From positions 128,001 to 192,000 of the forward strand of contig CAVQYR010000002.1 in NCBI GenBank assembly GCA_963718235.1: DNA of 64,000 nt, read 5' to 3'. Below the pieces are notes generated by a model. The model was not told the DNA's origin and made no database searches. It was given only the letters and a program-made list of their open reading frames with translations. The stretch is from an uncultured Actinomycetota bacterium (GTDB taxonomy: Bacteria; Actinomycetota; Actinomycetes; JAHEKZ01). Shown here one piece after another: positions 27,838 to 37,978 of the stretch. Position 1 is the first letter of the stretch. The number at the start of each line of letters is the position of its first letter. The position numbers and the translations under genes are program-made.

Positions 27838-29479
27838 ATGACGCTTCAGCCCAGTACCACCGTCTGGACCGACGCCCGCGTGTTCACTGCCGACCGGGAG
27901 CGGCCCTGGGCCGAGGCCCTGGCCTTCCGCGGCGACCGCATCGTCGCCGTCGGGACGCTCGACGAGGTGCGGGCGGCGGTGGACAGCGATGCGGCCGAGG
28001 AGTCGCTCGCTGGTGCCCTGGTGACCCCTGGCTTCATCGACGGTCACTTCCACACGGTGAGCACGGGTGAGTCGCAGGGCCGGGTCGACCTCGTGCACGC
28101 GAGGTCCCTGGAGGAGATCCAGCGGCTTGTCGTCCAGCATGCGTCCGCGCACCCCGACGACAAGTGGGTCCTCGGCAAGAGCTGGCTGTTCGACGCGATC
28201 CCCGGTGGCCACCCGACGGCCGAGATGCTCGACGTGGTCGTCCCTGACCGCCCGGTCGTGCTCGACGCGAACGACTACCACTCGGCGTGGGTCAACACGG
28301 CCGCGCTGCTGGAGCTCGGCATCAAAGCCGACAGCCCCGACCCCGTGGGTGGCCGGATCGACCGTGACCCGGTCACCGGTGCAGCGACCGGGTTCCTCGA
28401 GGAGAACGCCGCGGGTGTCTACGCGTGGGACCACCTCGAGCGGATCACCACCGACCAGACCAGGCTCGACCAGCTGCGCGCTGCGATCGCTGCCTGCAGC
28501 GCTGCGGGGCTGACCGGGGTGATCGACATGGCGATGCGCGACGCCGACCTGCTGGCGATGCAGACCGCTCAGGAGCAGGGCTGGCTCGACCTTCGGGTCG
28601 TCGGCCACTGGGTGATGGACCGCGACGGGCGACCACAGGACCATCTCGACCGGATCGCGCACGTGGCCGAGCTCGCCAAGCGCAACCCCACGGCGCGGCT
28701 TCGGATCGGCGGGATCAAGCTCTGGGTCGACGGCGTGATCGACGGCTGCACGGCTGCAGTCAGCCAGCCCTACGTGAACGGTGCGATGCCGGCCCCGCAG
28801 TGGGACGCCGACGCACTCGACCCGGTCGTCGAGGCAGCAGATGCGGCGGGGCTGCAGGTGGCGATGCACGCGATCGGTGACCACGCGGTGAAGCTCGCGC
28901 TGGACGCCGTGGAGAAGGCACAGCGAGCCGAACGGGCGCCGTCCTGGTGAGCTGCGGCACCGGATCGAGCACATCGAGTACGCGCGACCCGAAGAGCTCG
29001 CCCGGTTCGTCGAGCTCGGCGTCACCGCGTCGATGCAGCCGGTCCACGCCGACCCGGCGATCGCGGAGAACTGGGTCGCGATGCTCGGTGAGCCGCGGGC
29101 GTCGTTCGGGTTCCGCTGGAGTGATCTCGTGGTCGCGGGCGCGCGGCTCGTCTTCGGCACCGACGCACCGACCGCGCCCTACCAGCCGCTGGCCAACCTC
29201 TTCATCGCGGCCACCCGACGCTCGGCCATCGAACCGTCGCTCCCGACCGGTCGTGGCGCCGACCAGGTGCGCCCACTGGACGACGCCTTCGCCCACGCCA
29301 CCGCTGACGCCGCCTGGTCCTGCTTCGAGGAGGAGAGCCGCGGCCGGATCGCCTCGGGGCTGCTCGCCGACCTGGTCGTCATCTCCCCCCAGGTGTTCGA
29401 CGAGCCGGCTGACGCGCTGCTGACCGCCCAGGTGCAGCGGACCCTCGTGGGTGGTCGTGAGGCGTACCGCGCCGACTGA
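27838..29479 (+). CDS. Amidohydrolase (Amidohydro_3/YtcJ-like), frameshift near 28940
   Basis: PGFIDGHFH, IKLWVDG, MHAIGDHAV, RHRIEH, FGTDAP, GLLADLVV. Confidence 0.85.
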
Positions 29480-29519
29480 CCGAGCAGCCGGTCCGGGGCC
29501 GATGGGTGACAATGGCCCG

Positions 29520-30197
29520 GTGACCGACCTCATCGACACCACCGAGATGTACCTGCGCACGGTGTTTGAGCTCGAAGAAGAAGGCATCGTCCCGCTGCGT
29601 GCTCGGATCGCCGAGCGCCTGGGCCAGAGCGGGCCCACGGTCAGCCAGACGGTGGCGCGGATGGAGCGCGACGGGCTGATCACGGTCGAGGGCGACCGCC
29701 ACCTGCAGCTGAGCGACGAGGGCCGGGCTATGGCGACCCGGGTCATGCGCAAGCACCGGCTGGCCGAGTGCCTGCTGGTCGAGGTGATCGGCCTGGCCTG
29801 GGAGGACGTCCATGCGGAGGCGTGCCGGTGGGAGCACGTCATGAGCGAGACGGTCGAACGACGCATCCTCGACTTGGTCGGGCACCCGACCCACTCGCCG
29901 TTCGGCAACCCGATCCCCGGGCTGGACGAGCTGGGCGAGGCCGCCGCGGCCGCCGACGGGGCGGTGGTCGGGCTCGACACCGTCGCGGGCGAGACGTCCC
30001 GGCGGGTCGTCGTGCGCCGGATCGGCGAGCCCCTGCAGCACGACGTCGAGCTGATGGGCCGGCTGCGGCGGGCCGGGGTCGTGCCCGGCCAGGTCGTCAA
30101 GGTCTCGACGTCCGAGGGCGGCGTGATGGTGGGCAGCGGCATGGAGTACGCCGAGCTCTCCCGCGCCACCGCGGCCCACGTGTTCGTCGGCGTGTAG
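29520..30197 (+). CDS. ideR: Iron-dependent repressor IdeR/DtxR
   Basis: DLIDTTEMYLRTV.ELEEEG.VPLRARIAERL.QSGPTVSQTVARMERDG; HAEACRWEHVMS; SPFGNPIPGL. Confidence 0.95.
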   Translation: MTDLIDTTEMYLRTVFELEEEGIVPLRARIAERLGQSGPTVSQTVARMERDGLITVEGDRHLQLSDEGRAMATRVMRKHRLAECLLVEVIGLAWEDVHAEACRWEHVMSETVERRILDLVGHPTHSPFGNPIPGLDELGEAAAAADGAVVGLDTVAGETSRRVVVRRIGEPLQHDVELMGRLRRAGVVPGQVVKVSTSEGGVMVGSGMEYAELSRATAAHVFVGV

Positions 30198-30218
30198 CGC
30201 CGATCCCCTCTCCTGAGG

Positions 30219-30233
30219 TACCCCCTGGGGTAT
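30219..30233. promoter_or_regulatory. CsoR/RcnR-family operator 1
   Basis: TACCCCCTGGGGTAT upstream of the regulator gene. Confidence 0.8.
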
Positions 30234-30294
30234 CATTCTCCTCTTGGGCGAGGCGGCCGGTACCCCGGCCCGCCGTGCGGAGAGGAGACGAGCC

Positions 30295-30564
30295 ATGGAG
30301 CTCGACGAGGACGTCATGCGCGACGTGGTCACCCGGCTGCGCCGGGCCCAGGGCCAGCTGGGCGGGGTGATCGCCATGATCGAGGAGGGACGCGGGTGCA
30401 GCGACATCGTCACCCAGCTCGCGGCGGCGGCCAAGGCGGTCGACCGGGCCGGCTTCAAGATTGTGGCCTCGGGGCTCCAGCAGTGCCAGGACGCCGAGCT
30501 GCGCGGTGAGGTGCCCATGCTCGACCGGGCCCAGCTCGAGAAGCTGTTCCTCAGCCTGACCTAG
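30295..30564 (+). CDS. CsoR/RcnR-family metal/persulfide-sensing repressor (CstR-like)
   Basis: RLRRAQGQLGGVIAMIEEGRGCSDIVTQLAAA..AVDRAGF...QC; AGGAG RBS. Confidence 0.9.
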   Translation: MELDEDVMRDVVTRLRRAQGQLGGVIAMIEEGRGCSDIVTQLAAAAKAVDRAGFKIVASGLQQCQDAELRGEVPMLDRAQLEKLFLSLT

Positions 30565-30580
30565 TCCTGAGTTGAGACAG

Positions 30581-30596
30581 ATACCCCCCGGGGTAT
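30581..30596. promoter_or_regulatory. CsoR/RcnR-family operator 2
   Basis: ATACCCCCCGGGGTAT upstream of the rhodanese operon, overlapping a TATACA/TACACT -10-like element. Confidence 0.8.
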
Positions 30597-30633
30597 ACAC
30601 TCGAGCCATCCGGACGACGAAAGGCCAGCGCCC

Positions 30634-30951
30634 ATGGTGACCAGCGTCAGCGTGCAGGACCTGCACACCGCGCAGCAGAACGGCGACCTCGTGGTCGACG
30701 TGCGCGAACGCTTCGAGTACGTGGGCGGACACGTGCCCGGTGCCCAGCACATCCCCATGGCCACCGTCCCCCTGCACATCGAAGACTTCCCGGCCGACCG
30801 ACCGGTCTACGTGATCTGCGAGTCCGGCGCGCGCAGCTGGCAGGTCGCCGCGTTCCTGGCCCGGCACGGCCGCACGGCCTACAACGTGGACGGCGGCACC
30901 TCGGCGTGGCGCGCGTCCGGACTACCCCTCGACTCGGGAGCAACGGCATGA
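30634..30951 (+). CDS. Single-domain rhodanese
   Basis: VVDVRE..EY..GHVPGA, ICESGARS, GGTSAW. Confidence 0.92.
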   Translation: MVTSVSVQDLHTAQQNGDLVVDVRERFEYVGGHVPGAQHIPMATVPLHIEDFPADRPVYVICESGARSWQVAAFLARHGRTAYNVDGGTSAWRASGLPLDSGATA

Positions 30952-32423
30952 CCACCTACACGAGCGCACCCCACGTCCTGGTCATCGACACCCCTGGCCT
31001 CGGCGACCGCAGCTACGTCGTCCATGACGGACGCCATGCCCTGGTCGTCGACCCGCAGCGGGACATCGACCGGGTCGAGCACCTGCTGGCCGAGCACGGC
31101 CTGCACCTGACGCACGTGCTCGAGACGCACGTGCACAACGACTACGTCAGCGGCGGTCTGGTCCTCGCGTCGCGTCACGAGGCGCAGTACGTCGTTCCCG
31201 GCGGCGTCGACCTCGCCTACCCGTGCACCCAGGTCGACGACGGCGACACCTTCGAGGTGGGCGAGCTCTCCGTGCGGGTCCTGCACACCCCCGGGCACAC
31301 CCCCCACCACAAGTCCTTCGCCGTCACGCGCGGTGACCACCCAGGTGCGGTGTTCACCGGAGGCTCGATGCTCTACGGCGCGGTCGGCCGCCCCGACCTG
31401 ATCGGCCCGGACGCGACGGTCGGTCTGGCCCATGACCAGTGGCACTCGGTGCGACGCATCGCCGACGAGCTCGAGCTGACCACCCACGTGTACCCGACCC
31501 ACGGCTTCGGCTCGTTCTGTGCCGCCACCCAGAACGAGGGCACCCGCGGCACGATCGCCGACGAACGCTCGTCCAACCCGGCGCTCACCCAGGACGAGGA
31601 GGCCTTCGTCGAGAGCATGCTGGCCGCTCTCGACGTCTTCCCGGCCTACTACGTGCACATGGGTCCGGCCAACGCGGCCGGGCCGGGGGCGATCGACCTC
31701 TCGCTGCCCGAGCCGGCCGAGCCGGCCGAGCTGCGGCGCCGGATCGACGCCGGTGAGTGGGTCATCGACCTGCGTTCCCGCGAGGTGTTCGCCCGCGGCT
31801 ACGTGCGGGGCACCCTCAACTTCGACCTCGACGGTCCGTTCATCGCCTACCTCAGCTGGCTGGTCCCGTGGGGCATGCCGGTGACCCTGCTGGGCGAGAC
31901 CCGCGAGCAGGTGGAGGCGGCGCAGCGCGAGATGGTGCGGATCGGCATCGACCGCCCGGCAGCCCAGGCGGTCGGCGGGCTGGACTTCTGGGTCGACGAC
32001 AACGACGACAACGACGACGTGGCGACGATGCAGCGGGTCGACTTCGCCGAGCTGGCGACGATCCTCGCCGACGACCCCGACGTGTACCTGCTCGACGTCC
32101 GCCAGGTCCTGGAGTGGGTCGACGGGCACCTCGTCGGCGCGCACCTCGTGCCGTTCTACGAGATCCCCGACCGGATCGACGAGCTGCCGGGCGACCGCCA
32201 GCTGTACGTGTACTGCGGCAGTGGCTACCGGGCCTCCGCGGTGTCGTCGCTGCTCGCCCAGCACGGCAAGCAGGTCGTCCACGTCGACGACGACTGGGAC
32301 GACGCGGCCCGCGCCGGTCTGCCCATCGAGCAGGGTGACGCGCCGCAGCAGGAGCCGGGCTGGACCTGGAAGGTGTCGCGGGGAACTGCCCGCAGCTTCC
32401 AGCCGGCCTCCGGTGCTGCCTGA
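30948..32423 (+). CDS. MBL-fold persulfide dioxygenase-rhodanese fusion (CstB-like)
   Basis: ETHVHNDYVSG, HTPGHT, VGRPDL, YPTHGFGSFC; C-terminal rhodanese YCGSGYRAS. Confidence 0.88.
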   Translation: MTTYTSAPHVLVIDTPGLGDRSYVVHDGRHALVVDPQRDIDRVEHLLAEHGLHLTHVLETHVHNDYVSGGLVLASRHEAQYVVPGGVDLAYPCTQVDDGDTFEVGELSVRVLHTPGHTPHHKSFAVTRGDHPGAVFTGGSMLYGAVGRPDLIGPDATVGLAHDQWHSVRRIADELELTTHVYPTHGFGSFCAATQNEGTRGTIADERSSNPALTQDEEAFVESMLAALDVFPAYYVHMGPANAAGPGAIDLSLPEPAEPAELRRRIDAGEWVIDLRSREVFARGYVRGTLNFDLDGPFIAYLSWLVPWGMPVTLLGETREQVEAAQREMVRIGIDRPAAQAVGGLDFWVDDNDDNDDVATMQRVDFAELATILADDPDVYLLDVRQVLEWVDGHLVGAHLVPFYEIPDRIDELPGDRQLYVYCGSGYRASAVSSLLAQHGKQVVHVDDDWDDAARAGLPIEQGDAPQQEPGWTWKVSRGTARSFQPASGAA

Positions 32424-32785
32424 TGTCGCTGATGGGCAGGCTCTTCGGCGGGGGCGTCCCCTCGATCGACGCGTCGGAGGCGCGCACACTCGTCGACGAG
32501 GGCGCGGTCATGATCGACGTACGCAGCACGGCGGAGTGGAACGCCGGCCATGCCCCCATGGCCAAGCACGTCGCACTGAATGAGCTGGGCCAACGGATGA
32601 GCAGACTCCCCAAGGGGAAGAAGGTCATCGTCGTCTGCCGCAGCGGGAGCCGGTCACGGGCCGCCTGCAGACAGCTGGCCTCCGCGGGCATCGACGTCGT
32701 CAATCTCAGACGCGGCCTGCACGGCTGGCAGCACGCCGGACAGCCGCTGGTGGATCGACGGGGTCGCCCCGGCGTCCTCGCCTGA
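32423..32785 (+). CDS. Rhodanese-like protein
   Basis: IDVRS..EW.AGHAP.A, VCRSGSRS. Confidence 0.9.
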   Translation: MSLMGRLFGGGVPSIDASEARTLVDEGAVMIDVRSTAEWNAGHAPMAKHVALNELGQRMSRLPKGKKVIVVCRSGSRSRAACRQLASAGIDVVNLRRGLHGWQHAGQPLVDRRGRPGVLA

Positions 32786-32786
32786 C

Positions 32787-33533
32787 GTGCTGGAGGTCGC
32801 CGAGCTGCTCGTTGCCGGAGCAGTGATCGGCCTGCTGCTCGGCATCCTCGGTGGTGGCGGGGCGATCTTCACCGCACCGCTGCTCATCTACGCCTTCGAC
32901 GTTGCGCCGCTGGCGGCGACCACGGTGTCGCTGGTCGTCGTTCTCTTCGCGGCGGCGTCGGGCCTGGTCGGGCACGCCCGGGCACATCGAGTGCGGTGGC
33001 GCAAAGGCACCGTGTTCGGGCTGGTCGGGATCGCGGGAGCGGTGGTCGGCGCCCTGCTGGCCGGCGCCCTGCCCGAACGGGTGCTGCTCGGTGGGTTCGC
33101 CGTCCTGCTGCTGGCCGCGGCCTACGCGATGTACAAGCCTCCGGTGAAGGCCGGCGCCGAGCACGGCCGCCGCGGGATGGTGACCGTGGGGGCGACCGCG
33201 CTGGGGGTCGGTGTGGTGACCGGGTTCTTCGGCGTCGGGGGTGGGTTCGTGATCGTGCCGGCGCTCGTGCTCGTCCTCGGCTTCTCCATGCCGACCGCGG
33301 CGGCCACCGGACTGCTCGTGATCGCCATCAACTCGCTGGCCGCACTGGCGGTCCGTGGGCCGCAGTACCTGGACCTCGCCGTGGCGGTCCCGATGGCTGT
33401 CGGTGCCATGGTCGGCTCGTTCGTCGGGTCGCGGGTCGCGGGTCGCGTGCCCGCGCGTCGGCTTCAGGTGGGGTTCGCCGCCCTGATGGTGGCGACCGCG
33501 GTGTTCATCGGGGTCGAGACAGCCCTCGCGTGA
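32787..33533 (+). CDS. tauE: Sulfite exporter TauE/SafE family
   Basis: GILGGGGAIF; GFFGVGGGFVIVPAL; about 8 TM segments. Confidence 0.88.
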   Translation: MLEVAELLVAGAVIGLLLGILGGGGAIFTAPLLIYAFDVAPLAATTVSLVVVLFAAASGLVGHARAHRVRWRKGTVFGLVGIAGAVVGALLAGALPERVLLGGFAVLLLAAAYAMYKPPVKAGAEHGRRGMVTVGATALGVGVVTGFFGVGGGFVIVPALVLVLGFSMPTAAATGLLVIAINSLAALAVRGPQYLDLAVAVPMAVGAMVGSFVGSRVAGRVPARRLQVGFAALMVATAVFIGVETALA

Positions 33534-33579
33534 GACGGGGCGCCGGCCGCACAGTGAGTCCCGAGTACGCTCGACGACC

Positions 33580-34824
33580 GTGACTGCACTGTGGCATCCG
33601 TTCGCCGACATGGCCGTCGTCGAGCGTGACGGACCGTTCGTCCTCGCGTCGGGTGAGGGCCAGTGGGTTCTGGACGCGGCCGGACGTCGCTACCTCGACC
33701 TGACCGCCGGTCTGTGGTTCGCCAACGTCGGGCACGGACGCCGTGAGATCGCCGACGCCGTCGGTGCCCAGGCTGCGACTTTGGCCCACTTCTCCAACTT
33801 CGGCGACATGACCGAGGTGCCGACGATGGAGCTGGCCGAACGCGTGGCGGCCATCGCGCCGGTGCCGGGGAGCAAGGTGTTCTTCACGTCGGGTGGGTCC
33901 GACGCCGTCGACACCGCCAAGAAGCTCGTCCGCCGGTACTGGAATCTGAATGACCGCCCGCAGCGGCGGATCATGCTCACCAGGGAGCGTGCGTACCACG
34001 GGATGCACTGGGGTGGCACCTCGCTGGCCGGGATCGACCCGAACCAGCACGGGTACGGCGACCTGCAGCCCGACATCGTGCGGGTCCCGTGGGACGACGC
34101 GTCCGCCCTGGCCGAGACCATCGAGACGCTCGGTCCGGAGAACGTCGCGGCGTTCTTCTGCGAGCCCGTGATGGGCGCTGGAGGTGTCCACTTCGCCGGG
34201 GCGGAGTACCTGCAGCGGGCCCGCCAGGTCTGTGCTGAGCATGGTGTCCTGTGGGTCAGCGACGAGGTCATCACCGGGTTCGGTCGCACCGGCGAGTGGT
34301 TCGCCTCCACCCGGTTCAACCTTCGACCCGACGTGATGCTCACAGCCAAGGGGCTCACGAGCGGCTACGTCCCGATGGGCGCGGTCGTCGTCGCGCCGTC
34401 GGTGGCTGAAGCGTTCTTCGCCGAGCCCGGAGTGGTCTGGCGCCACGGCTACACCTACTCCGGCCACGCGGTCGCGGCCGCGGCCGGGCTGGCCAACCTC
34501 GACATCATCGAGCGCGAAGGTCTGCTCGAACGGGTACGCAGCCTGGAGCCGCTGGTGACCTCCGCCCTGGCGCCGCTCGCCGAGCACCCAGCGGTCAGCG
34601 AGGTCCGTTCAGGGGTCGGCCTGCTGGCCGCAGTACAGCTCGCGCCGCAGGTGCTGGCGCAGGAGCCGGCTGCGGCCGCCCGTGTGGTCGCCGGGCTCCG
34701 GAGGCACGGCGTGCTGTCGCGAGCCCTGGTCGACGGCTCGCTGCAGGTGTCGCCGCCGTTCGTCATCGACGAGGCCGACCTGAAGACGATGGCCGACGTC
34801 ACCTGGGAGGTGCTGTCCCAGTGA
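33580..34824 (+). CDS. Class III PLP aminotransferase (omega-amine/putrescine type)
   Basis: LWHPF, GLWFANVGHGR, YHG, FFCEPVMGAGG, DEVITGFGRTG, TAKGLTSGY, HGYTYSGH. Confidence 0.9.
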   Translation: MTALWHPFADMAVVERDGPFVLASGEGQWVLDAAGRRYLDLTAGLWFANVGHGRREIADAVGAQAATLAHFSNFGDMTEVPTMELAERVAAIAPVPGSKVFFTSGGSDAVDTAKKLVRRYWNLNDRPQRRIMLTRERAYHGMHWGGTSLAGIDPNQHGYGDLQPDIVRVPWDDASALAETIETLGPENVAAFFCEPVMGAGGVHFAGAEYLQRARQVCAEHGVLWVSDEVITGFGRTGEWFASTRFNLRPDVMLTAKGLTSGYVPMGAVVVAPSVAEAFFAEPGVVWRHGYTYSGHAVAAAAGLANLDIIEREGLLERVRSLEPLVTSALAPLAEHPAVSEVRSGVGLLAAVQLAPQVLAQEPAAAARVVAGLRRHGVLSRALVDGSLQVSPPFVIDEADLKTMADVTWEVLSQ

Positions 34825-36248
34825 TGCGCAACCTGGTCGGTGGCGAGTGGGTCGACGGCCCCACGACCGTGGCCGACGTCAACCCGTCCGACACCGACGA
34901 CGTCATCGGCGAGTTCGCCCACGCCGACGAGGCGCAGGCCCAAGCCGGAGTCGAGGCCGCGTCCGCCGCCGCTCCGGGGTGGGCCCAGTCCACCCCGCAG
35001 CAGCGGTTCGACGTGCTCGACCGAGCGGGGGAGGAGGTCCTGCGCAGGACCGACGAGCTGGGGGACCTGCTGGCCCGTGAAGAGGGCAAGACCCTCGTCG
35101 AGGCACGCGGCGAGGTCGTGCGGGCCGGACAGATCCTGAAGTTCCACGCCGGACAGGCTTTGCGGGCCCACGGCCAGCTGGTCGACTCGATCCGCCCCGG
35201 TGTCGAGGTCATGGTGACCCGTGAGCCGCTCGGAGTGGTCACCGTGATCACGCCCTGGAACTTCCCGATCGCGATCCCGGCCTGGAAGATCGCCCCGGCG
35301 CTCGCCTACGGGAACACCGTCGTCTTCAAACCCGCCGAGCTCGTTCCGGCCAGTGCATGGCACCTGGTCGACATCCTCGACCGGGCCGGGCTCCCGCCCG
35401 GCGTCCTGAACCTCGTGATGGGGTCGGGGCGCGAGATTGGTGGCGTGCTCACCCAGAACCCGCTGGTGCAGGGGGTCACGTTCACCGGCTCGGTGGTCAC
35501 GGGTGAGCGGATCCTCGCGAACGGACAGAAGCACCGGGCGAAGGTCCAGCTCGAGATGGGGGGCAAGAACCCGGTCGTCGTCATGGACGACGCCGACCTC
35601 GCCGTGGCGGTCGACGTCGTCCTGCAGGGTGCCTTCGGGTCGACCGGGCAACGGTGCACCGCCTCGAGCCGGGTGGTGGTGACCGACGGGATCCATGACA
35701 CGTTCGTCGAGGCGCTGACCGCCCGGATGCGCGAGTGGGTGGTCGACGACGCCCGTGACCCTCGCACGCAGATGGGCCCGGTCGTCGACGCTGCACAGCT
35801 CGCCCAGGACGAGCGTTACCTCGACCTCGCGCGCACGGAGGGCGGTCAGGTGGTCGGCGGGAACCGCCTCGAGCGCGGCCGTCCGGGCCACTACCTGTCG
35901 CCGGCCCTCGTCGTCGGGACCACCAACGACATGACGATCAACCGCGAAGAGGTGTTCGGTCCGGTCGCCTCGGTGATCCGGGTGGCCGACTACGACGAGG
36001 CCCTGGCCGTCGCCAACGACACCGATTTCGGGCTGTCCAGCGGCATCGTGACCACGTCACTGGCCCTGGCCACGCACTTCCGGCGGCACAGCACGGCCGG
36101 CATGGTGATGGTCAACCTGCCGACCGCGGGGGTCGACTACCACGTGCCGTTCGGTGGTCGGCGAGGCAGCAGCTACGGGCCGCGCGAGCAGGGAGACGGG
36201 GCCCGGGAGTTCTTCACGGTCTCGAAGACGACGTACGTGAAGGCGTGA
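34821..36248 (+). CDS. Aldehyde dehydrogenase
   Basis: ITPWNFP, FTGS, LEMGGKNP, GQRCTA, EEVFGP. Confidence 0.93.
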   Translation: MMRNLVGGEWVDGPTTVADVNPSDTDDVIGEFAHADEAQAQAGVEAASAAAPGWAQSTPQQRFDVLDRAGEEVLRRTDELGDLLAREEGKTLVEARGEVVRAGQILKFHAGQALRAHGQLVDSIRPGVEVMVTREPLGVVTVITPWNFPIAIPAWKIAPALAYGNTVVFKPAELVPASAWHLVDILDRAGLPPGVLNLVMGSGREIGGVLTQNPLVQGVTFTGSVVTGERILANGQKHRAKVQLEMGGKNPVVVMDDADLAVAVDVVLQGAFGSTGQRCTASSRVVVTDGIHDTFVEALTARMREWVVDDARDPRTQMGPVVDAAQLAQDERYLDLARTEGGQVVGGNRLERGRPGHYLSPALVVGTTNDMTINREEVFGPVASVIRVADYDEALAVANDTDFGLSSGIVTTSLALATHFRRHSTAGMVMVNLPTAGVDYHVPFGGRRGSSYGPREQGDGAREFFTVSKTTYVKA

Positions 36249-36493
36249 CTCTCAGCTCGAGGCCGATCTGGTCCAGACCGTCTCCCGCTCACTCGAGACG
36301 CACGCTCACTGATAGTGATTCTTGATTTCCGAAATTGAACTTCCTGTGATTCTGCTCTAGCCTTACCGCAGGGGAGTATCCCTTCGTTCGATGATCGTCA
36401 GCACGGCGTACCCGCGCCCGGTCACCGGGGTGGTGCCACACCACTGGGAGAGACCGACAGACGGTGGCATGCCACCTCGTCGAAGGGACTCCC

Positions 36494-36940
36494 ATGCAGA
36501 AGCGATACCTCGTTCCGGTGCTCGCCCTCCCGCTTGCTCTTGCAGCACCGCTGGCGGCGACGGCCGTCCCCGCAGTGCAGCCGGCACCGGTCGCCAAGCC
36601 CGACTCGGTTCTGACAACCGCAGCCGAACCCCGGGCTTTGGCCCGGGTCATCGACCGCGGCAGTGTCAGCTGCAGCGCATCGTCTCGAATGGTCAGCAAA
36701 CTAGAGCGTGACGGGCAGCGGCTCGAGGTCGACGCAGAGATCTTTGGACCAGCGCGTCAGAGCTGGGTCGTGAGATTCGTACAGAACGGCAATCTCGCAC
36801 ACAAGATCACGCGGTCCGCAGACAGTGACGGAGAGCTCGATGTCTGGCGCTACCTGCCCAATCGGCCCGGCGAGGACCGGGTAAGGGTGCAGGCCCGTTC
36901 CGCGCAAGGCGAAAGGTGCGTCATCAGGCTGCAGGGCTAG
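36494..36940 (+). CDS. Secreted hypothetical protein
   Basis: AAGGGA RBS, signal peptide, two cysteines; codon usage less GC3-biased than neighbours. Confidence 0.6.
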   Translation: MQKRYLVPVLALPLALAAPLAATAVPAVQPAPVAKPDSVLTTAAEPRALARVIDRGSVSCSASSRMVSKLERDGQRLEVDAEIFGPARQSWVVRFVQNGNLAHKITRSADSDGELDVWRYLPNRPGEDRVRVQARSAQGERCVIRLQG

Positions 36941-36941
36941 C

Positions 36942-36996
36942 CACTCACCCCACGCCCGGTCGCGGTCTCATCTCGGGGCCGGGCGTGGGGTGAGTG
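36942..36996 (+). terminator. 18-bp stem-loop terminator
   Basis: CACTCACCCCACGCCCGG ... CCGGGCGTGGGGTGAGTG immediately after the stop codon. Confidence 0.75.
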
Positions 36997-37237
36997 TGTC
37001 GCGTCACCCGATCGCCTTACGGGCTCCATGTCGATCTGTGCCTGCCGGGCCAGGAATGACCGAGCGGGAAGTGCAGGCCACTCCCGGCGCCGGGCGCATG
37101 AACGTCCTGGACCGGAAGTAGTTGCGCCTGTCAATCCCTCGTGAAGACGACGTACGTCGCTGCCGGGAATCCCTGAGCCGACCCTCTAGCATCGGTCTCG
37201 TCGTCGGGCCTTCCCCACCGGCGAAGGGAGTACTGGC

Positions 37238-37954
37238 TTGTTCTCCGTGCGCCGTTCCACGGTCGACCCCGCATCGCTGCGTGGGCTCGCCTTCCTGGCC
37301 CTGCTCGGCCTGGGCTCGCTCTCGGCCGGGGCCGCGGGCGCGGTCCTCGTCTCCGACGCCACCGGTCGGGTCGACGTCGGGATCAGCGCGGCCCGTGCGG
37401 TCGCCGAGACGCCGACCGGCCCGCCCCGCACCTTCGAGGCCGTCACGTCGCACGGACCGTCCCCCACCTCGGACCGGGTCGCAGTCGAGGCCCTCGGCGC
37501 ACCTCCGGCGGAGGCGAAACCCACCTACGTGCCGACGAGGCACCTGCCCCGCGACTCAGGGCACGGCGACCGGATCGTGTACTCGCGCCACCGGATGCAC
37601 GTCTGGGTGGTCGACGCGGTGGCCGGTGACGACCAGGTCGTGCGCGACTACGCCGTGACCGGGCGACCCGACTGGCCGGCACCGGGCCGCTACGAGGTGT
37701 TCCTGAAGACACCGTGGACGATGACCCTGGACGCCACCTTGAGCTTCCGCTGGTTCATCGGGTTCGCCCACGGCAACACCACGAACATCGGCTTCCACGA
37801 CATCCCGACCACGACGTCGGGCACCCCGATCCAGTCGCCGGACGAGCTGGGGGAGCCGATCGGCATCGGTGGGTGCGTGCGTGCGACGTCACGCAACGCG
37901 CACTGGCTGTACGAGCGGACCGCGATCGGTGACCGGGTCGTCGTCCTGCCGTAG
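37238..37954 (+). CDS. L,D-transpeptidase (YkuD) family protein
   Basis: N-terminal TM; PGRYEVF, NIGFHDIP, LGEPIGIGGCVR, IGDRVVV. Confidence 0.8.
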   Translation: MFSVRRSTVDPASLRGLAFLALLGLGSLSAGAAGAVLVSDATGRVDVGISAARAVAETPTGPPRTFEAVTSHGPSPTSDRVAVEALGAPPAEAKPTYVPTRHLPRDSGHGDRIVYSRHRMHVWVVDAVAGDDQVVRDYAVTGRPDWPAPGRYEVFLKTPWTMTLDATLSFRWFIGFAHGNTTNIGFHDIPTTTSGTPIQSPDELGEPIGIGGCVRATSRNAHWLYERTAIGDRVVVLP

Positions 37955-37978
37955 CCCCCTGGCTATCGCCCACGACGC

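Noticed and set aside
29480-30300. IdeR box near ideR
   Set aside because: No TTAGG-N-CCTAA-type palindrome found; the nearby palindromes are CsoR-type.
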